This document shows, in pieces, positions 55,583 to 64,000 of a stretch of 64,000 nt of DNA. The DNA is taken from NCBI GenBank assembly GCA_951406725.2, contig OX597831.1, positions 30,380,001 to 30,444,000 of the forward strand. The letters run 5' to 3'. The notes under the pieces were generated by a model that searched no databases, was not told where the DNA came from, and worked only from the letters and a program-made list of their open reading frames with translations. Both the position numbers and the translations under genes were made by a program. Origin of the DNA: Octopus vulgaris. Its lineage: Eukaryota. How positions within the stretch are numbered: the stretch's first letter is position 1; each line of letters begins with the position of its first letter.

Positions 55583-55938
55583 ATGTAATCGCCTGGGGTC
55601 AATGTAATCCACAAGCTCTCCACTTCCAATATTTCTATAGTAGAATAATTGTATATCTACGTGACTAGGCATGATCTTGCGCAAAGCAGCAAAATACCAT
55701 GTTGTCTGAATAATATGGAGATCTTATAAACTCTTCCTTATCCGGCTGGAATGATACTCCCAGTATAACAGCGGAGAATAATGATCTAGTTTTTCTGTCG
55801 GTTGCAATGGTGGAATATTCATTTGTTTGGCCAACTCATAGAAATAACATGTGTGTGATTGTTCCATAGACGAACCTTCCTGATACACTGAAGCAATGCT
55901 AGATTTTTGGATTACTGACACAAAGTGTCTGTGTGTAT

Positions 55939-55970
<32 letters not shown>

Positions 55971-57687
55971 AAGAAAGAATGATAGATAGAGAGAGAGAGA
56001 GGGGTGATTAGTGAGGAAGAAAATCAACTTCAGTAGACTAGTAGTACTTTATTTATCGATCCAGAAATACCAACCAGTGAAGCTGACATTGGTAATATTT
56101 GAACATCGAGTACAAATTCGAGGGATATTAAGTCTTTCTAATTTTGGCATAAGGACACGAATTTTGAGAGAACGGTCAAATCAATTATAATGACCGCAGT
56201 ATATAACTGGTACATATTTTACCGACCCCGAAAAGGTGAAAGGCAACATTGACTTCAGCAGGATTTCAGCTCAGGACATAAATAACCGGATAATATGTCG
56301 CTTAGCATTTTGTCCGATGCGATGACAAGTCTGCCGGTTCGCCCGCCTTAATTCGGTTAATCATGGTTTCAAGCTTTGGTATAAGGCCAGCAACTTCAAG
56401 CCAGGGATAGGTGGATTTCGTCGATTCCAGGGCAGGACTGGTACTTATTTTATCGACCCCCCCAAAAGCAAGAAAGCTAAAGTTGAACTCGGTGAAATCT
56501 AAACTCAGAACGCAAAGATGTACGAAATGTTGCTTAGCACTTTTTCCGACGTTCTAACGATTCTGCTGACTCCCCGCCTTAAATTCGGTTAATAATAGCT
56601 GTATATTCTCATATATTTTGGTATTCTCGTCTGTTGCGAGTACAAATATATTCTAATGAATTTGTCCATGAAAAGAAAAGAGTTGAATTTTCTTATTTCA
56701 TACTGCACAGAGATCAAACATCATGGCATTTCTGCGTAATGTGTGCTCGGAACATTCTAATTTTATCCTTCAACAAGCCTACAATATCGTATACTTAATT
56801 AATTGATTTTTATTTCTTCACTTCTTTTGCTCATGAGATGAAATCTATGCTTCAGTGAGGATGACAAATAGTACCGAAATATCTTTGAGATTGTCTCCCG
56901 TAAAAAGAAAATATATACATATATTAATCATTGACTAAGAATTTCTTGTCCGCTTTTAATGCTTCCTGTCTTAAATATATTAAACATTGTTTAAATGAGT
57001 TTACAGGTTGTCCAAGGTCAGCACTTGAACCTGGTCCATATCATCGCGTACTTTGAATTATCTCGGTTACAAATCACCATATCTTTTATTTGTTTGTCTT
57101 TAGACTGCGGTCATACGGGGGCAACATCTTAAACCATTTAGTCTAACGAATCGACCAAAGTACGTATCTTAAAGAGTTTTTGTTTTTACTTGTTCTCTCA
57201 GTGTCATGTGTCGAACCGCTAAGTTACGGAGGTGTAAACAAGTCAAAATCGGTTACGTGGTGGTGATGACGGAGCACTAACACAAACACACGTATACATA
57301 CAAACACACAAATACACACTACACACACACACACACACACATGTATATATACATACATATATATATATACGACGGGCTTCTTTCAGTTTCCATCTACCAG
57401 CCCCACTCAAGATTTTTGTTGACCCGAGGCAAGAGTAAAAGACACTTGCCCAAGGTACCACGCAGTGGGACTGAACCCGGAACTATGTGGTTGGGAAGCA
57501 AGCTTCTTACCACACAGCCACTCCTCCATTTACCAAACTCTCTCACTGAGCAATAGTAGTAGATAGCTGCCCAAGGTGCTGCGCAATGACGCTGAACCCA
57601 AAACGGCATGGTTGCAAAGCGAGCTTCATAACCACACAACCATGCATGCAGCTATATATGTGCACATATATTTATATATATATATAA

Positions 57688-57728
<41 letters not shown>

Positions 57729-58449
57729 TGCATATATATATATATATATATGGGAAAAAAAGTCAAGATAGATAATGCTGAAATAATTTTATAAAATATT
57801 TCGTTTTGGGATTTGGTTGCGTCGTGCAACTTTTTCAACCGAAAATTTTTGGAAAGTAAAAATAAGAAAAAAGTGGAAATTTTACCGGTGAGTATGTTAC
57901 ATTATAAAGCACAAAAAGAAAATGACACACCCCAGACACAACAGAATTTTATAAAAAACATTTCAGTACTGGTTTCAGTCATTGAGAATTTTTCAAGTGT
58001 AAGTATGGAAAACAATTAAATTTGGGAAAAAATTAAAAGAAAAATTTTTTTTTTTAAACAATATTTGCGTAGTGTTCAAATTCAAGTGGCATTTTCCTTG
58101 TTTCTGCCAGTCTCTGTCTCTCTTGTTTACTCTTGTGATATATATATATATATATATATATTCTATATAAGGAAGAGATCACCCGGGGCCACCTCTGACA
58201 TACAATGTATGAATGAATTAGTTCCCATGTACACAAAAAGCTATATTTTCTAAGAACGAACTTTTGTTAATCTGTCTGTATCAGTTAAGCATAAGCCAGT
58301 TGAATACTGAGGTTCAATTAATAAGTTATACCATAGTATTTGCTGTAATGTAAGATACAACGAATCCTTTCGAGAATTCACAAGTCTGTTAACAAGCGTG
58401 CTACTTCAATGATGTTTCTCTAGTATTAAACAGTATTAAAATGATAAAA

Positions 58450-59300
58450 GGATACTCTAGTGTTGTGCAAACCGTTGTCATATTGCAAATAATTTTCCCA
58501 GGGATCTACAATGCAATTGTTTAATAGACGGAAGTATGCTGAATAAAATGCCCCGTTCAACCCAACACAGCGAAACCACTTCATCGAATATGGATAGCTG
58601 ACCTACGAGATGGTCGTCCAATAACTTATTCACTTGGGTCTTTCGCATCTAGTTTCTGTTATGAAAGAAACCAATATCGATTTAATGATTTATTCGCAAA
58701 TGACTCCAGAATCGTTAAACAACAAATTGACAAAGTTGATCTTTTGTCGACGAATGGTAGCGTAATTGTTTCCAGATACACAAAACTCTCTCCAGTCACA
58801 ACAATCTTTACTACCATTTTCTTTTTCCGAAATCTAAGTTTGCAGCGTTTCTCATTCAATAGTTTCTATTTTTGCTTGTATACATTCGGAAAAATCTATA
58901 TATTCCAGCCTGGTGTTCTTGATAGAAATGTTCACAATGAATAGGGGATTCCACCACCTTTTTTGTTCCCTTGCCGATCGATAGAGGATATCCAATGATA
59001 CAGTAACAATGATACTGTATCACGAATATGTTATTGATTACATTGATACAAATCAATGTCTGGCTGAACATTTCTGTTATTCATATTAGATTTTTTGACT
59101 TAAATATAACACAAGAGAATGTGTGATAGTTCAATGAATAAGCGAATTATCTACATTCTCTAGGAAGTAGTCCCTTTAATTGAGAGCATCATCATAGTAA
59201 CATGGCTATAGAGTTTCTTTGTGATGATAGCAAGCACCGAAAGCCAAGGAGAAGGTTTCAACCAATCTGACTCAAGAATCTGGTTTCAATTCTTGGATGA
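58450..59300 (-). mobile_element. Highly degenerate piggyBac-like transposase relic
   Basis: Minus-strand pieces KRWWNPLFIVNISIKNT (cf. piggyBac KKWW.PLF...NAW), GRPS and NGLH (C-terminal Cys-rich region) occur in the expected order, with many frameshifts. Confidence 0.45.
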
Positions 59301-59925
59301 AGCTAATTCACTTAACTCGCACCACTGCTACATCAGACAAACACGTATGAATATCACATAGTCATATTTACTTCCTATATTAAATTCCTGATCATGCACA
59401 GTAGTTCTCATTGAGGCCAGAGTTGCCCGTCCATCTAGGTTTGATAAAATAAGTACCGACCAATATCTTGGGCTCATTATATACAATATGTTCTTCACTG
59501 TCAAATATTGCTCGTTGGTGGAATACAAAATAATATCTATCTATAAGCCGCACTTCACAAAAACTTAGCTGACAGAATTTATCTATACAGAGCCATTGAT
59601 GTACTGGATGATATTACTGCTGAAATATTTTGTTCGTGTTAGGATGAGTAGAAAGTTCATGTCACAAACAAAAAAATAGTGATAAACATCATACATAATT
59701 GCCGGCCTTGCGCCTAGATTAGAAGCAACGGCATCAATTATGATAATCCTTTCTACAATAGGCACGTGGGGCGACTGTCGATTATATCGACCCCAATACA
59801 TAATTGGCAGTTATTTTATCAACCTCGAAAGGAAGAAAGATAAAGGGGACCTCGGTGTAATTTGAACTCAGAACGTGAGAACGTGAAGACGGACAAAATG
59901 CAGCTGAACATATCGCCCGGCTTTC

Positions 59926-59985
<60 letters not shown>

Positions 59986-60360
59986 TATTTCTTTATTGTT
60001 CACAGGGAGCTAAACATAGAGGGGACAAACAAGGACAGACAAAGGGATTAAGTCGATTACATAGACGAAAGACAAAGTCGACTTAATAATAATAATAATA
60101 AAAATAATAATAATAATAAATTATTATTAACTGGTACGTCACACGTACTGAGAAGAGCATTGTCACTGTGAGTTTTACTTCTTTTTTCCCCCCTTTTGTC
60201 TATCACATGACTTTGTAAATAAACAATCTGGTGCGCTTATTTTAATGGCCTACCAATGTATACAGTTATTTTCTCTGCCCTAGGTGTCAGGAAGACATTT
60301 GGCAAGAAATGGAAACAGATGAAATAATAATAATAACGCACGCGTTATTTTTCTTCTCCA

Positions 60361-60413
<53 letters not shown>

Positions 60414-60476
60414 CTAGGGAAAGCCGGTTTGTAGGATTACCTCAGGTTTCCAGCCCATAAAGAGTTTAGTTTTATG

Positions 60477-60522
<46 letters not shown>

Positions 60523-60779
60523 CAACAACAACAACAGCAACAATAATAATAATAATTATTATTATTTAGCCGGGAAGCTAGCAGAGATGTTACCACGCCT
60601 GATAAAATGTTTAGCAGCAAATCGCTCGTCTATGTTCTGGGGGTCGACTTTGCCTTTCCTCCTTTCGAGGTCGATAAAATAAGTACCAGTTGAGCATTGG
60701 GGTCAATGTAACCGATTTAACCCCGATCCAAATTTCTGGGTTTATGCCAAAAATTGAATCGAAGTTTACTCGATACTAT

Positions 60780-61080
60780 AAAAGATTTTGTGGCATCTTT
60801 CAACCGAAGATTTTCTGAAAAATTTAACCGTCTGCACCATTGTACTGAGATACATAAGCAGGACGCCTCTTCAATAATTTTTATTTATACAGACCTTCTT
60901 TTAGCAAGCTCTCACGTGGAGAGAGTAACGTGATAAACTTCCCTCCATTTCTTGGACTTTCTGGCCTTCTACCAAAATTTGAAACCAATACGTATATTCC
61001 ATTCAACATGGCCACCACTAAGAATCCTCAAGAGCAGAAAGCTATTGGTGAACGATATTGGAAAGCAAATTTTATTCTAG
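60780..61080 (-). mobile_element. Short mariner-like relic
   Basis: Minus strand at ~60790-60875 gives a QWCRR...NLRLKDA piece reminiscent of the mariner HTH region; weak. Confidence 0.3.
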
Positions 61081-61294
61081 ATTTTATCCTATAGAAACTA
61101 TTGTGGTGGTCAATGACAAGTAGAAGATGACAAAGTAGATGGTTATATATACTTCCGAACGGCATAACTGTCTATTAAATGAAGATTTATATTTAATTAT
61201 GCAACAGGAAGTCAACCGTGATTCTACAGTATTCATGTATTATTTCCTTCAGTATCTAATGTTTATTTTCAGCACTATAACAACTTAAACAGAA

Positions 61295-61432
<138 letters not shown>

Positions 61433-61572
61433 CATACATGCACACTTATACAGAAACACATATACACATTTACACGTCTACAGACGTACACATTTTTCGA
61501 AGCGAATAAGCATATTGAAGTAATTCATACGCATTTGTGTACGTGTCAAACAATCCTGCTTATGCATATATA

Positions 61573-61685
<113 letters not shown>

Positions 61686-61710
61686 GTCTGTCTGTCTGTC
61701 TGTCCGTCTG

Positions 61711-61756
<46 letters not shown>

Positions 61757-61826
61757 TACATAAATATATGTATATATATATGTATAAATACGTACATACA
61801 TATTTGTACATATATACATATGTATG

Positions 61827-61883
<57 letters not shown>

Positions 61884-61947
61884 GCACATACATATTTGTA
61901 CATATATACATATGTATATATATATATATATATGTACACACACACAC

Positions 61948-61986
<39 letters not shown>

Positions 61987-62726
61987 AGTATGTATACGCA
62001 TATACTTAAGTATGTATGTATCTATGCATGTATAGATGTGCGTATTCGTGTACGTGTTCGTATACGTATCAGTGTGTTTATATACGTATACCAGTGCAAC
62101 AGTCTTAAAACGCTTCCATAAGATTCTTTGAAGTTTGTTTATTATTCGTAGAACACAGTTGGAGGGCTACTTCAACAATTACTTCTTGGAGAAGCCATTT
62201 TATATAACATCATTATAACAACCACTGTTTAGTATGTACATATAAAATTGTAGTCACAAATCATCTTTTGTATATCCGTCGTTCATATTCTATTTCACAC
62301 CTACTCCATTCCACAATCTGCGAGTCTCCCACGCTTCCTCTTTCCCATCTTTCCCATACTTTCTGTCTCATTGTCTGTCTCACTGCTTTTTTATTCTGTC
62401 TCTTTCTCTGCTTCCATTTTTCTCTCTGTCACTCCTTTTTTTTTCTCTTTGTTTTGTTTTTTTTTTGGGGGGGGGGGGCGTCCTAAAGTATAGTATCTTT
62501 TATCTTTTACTTGTATCAGTCATTGGGCTGCGGCCACGGTGGGGCGCTGCATAGAAGGGTTTTAATCGAAACGGATTTTCACCAATACTTATTGTTGTTA
62601 TTCTTTTTCAAGCCTGTTACTTATTCTATTTCTTAGATAACGTAGCGGTTGTGGGGACCTAAGCCAACCAACAACAGTTGTCAAGCTGTGGAAAAGGACA
62701 AGCACACACACACACACACACATATT

Positions 62727-62759
<33 letters not shown>

Positions 62760-62772
62760 ATATATATATATA

Positions 62773-63109
62773 GTGAAGGCGCATGGCTACAGTGGTTAGA
62801 GCGTCGAGCTTACGATCGTGAGGTTGTGAGCTCGAATTCCGGACCGGGCTGCGTGTTGTGTTCTTGAGCAAGGCACTTTATTTCACGTTGCTCCAGTTCA
62901 CTCAGCTGTAGAAATGAGTTGCGACGTCACTGGTGCCAAGCTGTATCGACCTTTGTCTTTCCCTTGGATAACACTGGTGGCGTAGAGAGGGGAGGCTGGT
63001 ATGCATGGGCGACTGCTGGTCTTCCATAAACAACCTTGCCCGGACTTGTGTCTAGGAGTTAACTTTCTAGGTGCAATCCCATGGTCATTCATGACCGAAG
63101 GGGGTCTTT
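62773..63109 (+). mobile_element. SINE family B
   Basis: Highly similar reverse complement of 19796-20140, inserted in a (TA)n tract. Confidence 0.9.
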
Positions 63110-64000
63110 ATATATATATTCTAACCTGCACAATTAGTTTGTTTATAGTGAGCAGATGCATGTACTGTACATTAGTTCCCTCGCCCCATCAAATCAACTT
63201 TGCCTGAACAGGTGCACGATGTACGACACGTCAGGTGTCGAAGCGATCGCAGAGGAACATGAAATTAAGTATTGTGCTCAAGAAAACGACGCATCACTCG
63301 GTCCAGGATTTGAAATCATAATGTCGTAATCGTGGGTGCAACACCCTAACCACTACGCCATGCGCCCTCAAAACACATTACAAATAACTAAGGAGGGAAA
63401 TAGTATCCACCCCAAAGTAATGGAGTAAATGGGAAATCCTTCTATTGATTGATTGATTGATCAGCAGGGATCACCACCATCCCCTGCCGGAGCCTCGTGG
63501 AGCTTTAGGTATTTTCGCTCAATAAACACTCACAACGCTCTGTCTGGGAATCGAAACCGCGATCCTATGACCGCGAGTTCGCTGCCCTAACCACTGGGCC
63601 ATTGCGCCTCCACGTTAATATACGAGGCTTAGACTATTCAATCTATACTGATACAGAAAAATGATTGTCAAATCATTGATGTTACAAATAGCCGGCAGGC
63701 TGTCTGAAATTCTTTATTAGCAGTATCAGTTCAAAAGAGCATTCAATATATCTTACTTAAAAGCAGAAAACTAGATTTAGCAATGTCACCACTGCAGCCG
63801 GAAGTTTTTCCATTACTACTGATATACTTTTTTGCTTCTTAGCACTATACCCTGAGCAATATGCTGTCTTGAAGAGAATACCGCGGATTTCTGGCTATAT
63901 ACAATACAAACACGTTAAGTACGGTGTGCAGAATGCTATTTTGAACTAATACTGCTTCCGTTGCTAATACAGAATTAATGATAATAATTTCTGTTAAAGG

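Noticed and set aside
55724-55921. Possible upstream adenylyl cyclase exon
   Set aside because: No hydrophobic TM pattern or cyclase similarity that I could see in the translation.
57960-58005. Hammerhead on the minus strand (also ~13125-13165)
   Set aside because: Core too decayed (UUGAAAA; GAAU) and helices unpaired; at most remnants in PLE-like inserts.

Overview
AT-rich, microsatellite-saturated eukaryotic DNA, most likely a coleoid cephalopod (Octopus-like; inferred from the SINE repertoire and repeat landscape, not proven). The window appears to lie inside one large minus-strand gene for a rutabaga/ADCY1-like membrane adenylyl cyclase. Four small coding exons (51497-51646, 49030-49148, 33564-33675, 21068-21195) have canonical GT-AG sites and compatible phases, and encode TM6 to the middle of the C1a catalytic domain. 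I found no upstream or downstream exons. The introns contain four tRNA-derived SINE families, R4/Dong-like and CR1-like LINE pieces, Penelope-like (PLE) fragments in (TA)n tracts, non-autonomous Helitrons, mariner and piggyBac relics, a MITE-like element with internal telomeric repeats, and a 32-bp minisatellite. Nearly all listed ORFs are microsatellite artefacts. Most notable: (1) several minimal hammerhead-ribozyme motifs in PLE-like inserts, one with a fully intact core on the gene's sense strand and one family with a shared A6U core change; (2) long inverted repeats bracketing single exons, which could form dsRNA (ADAR editing, circRNA); (3) a self-templated inverted insertion inside a mariner relic.
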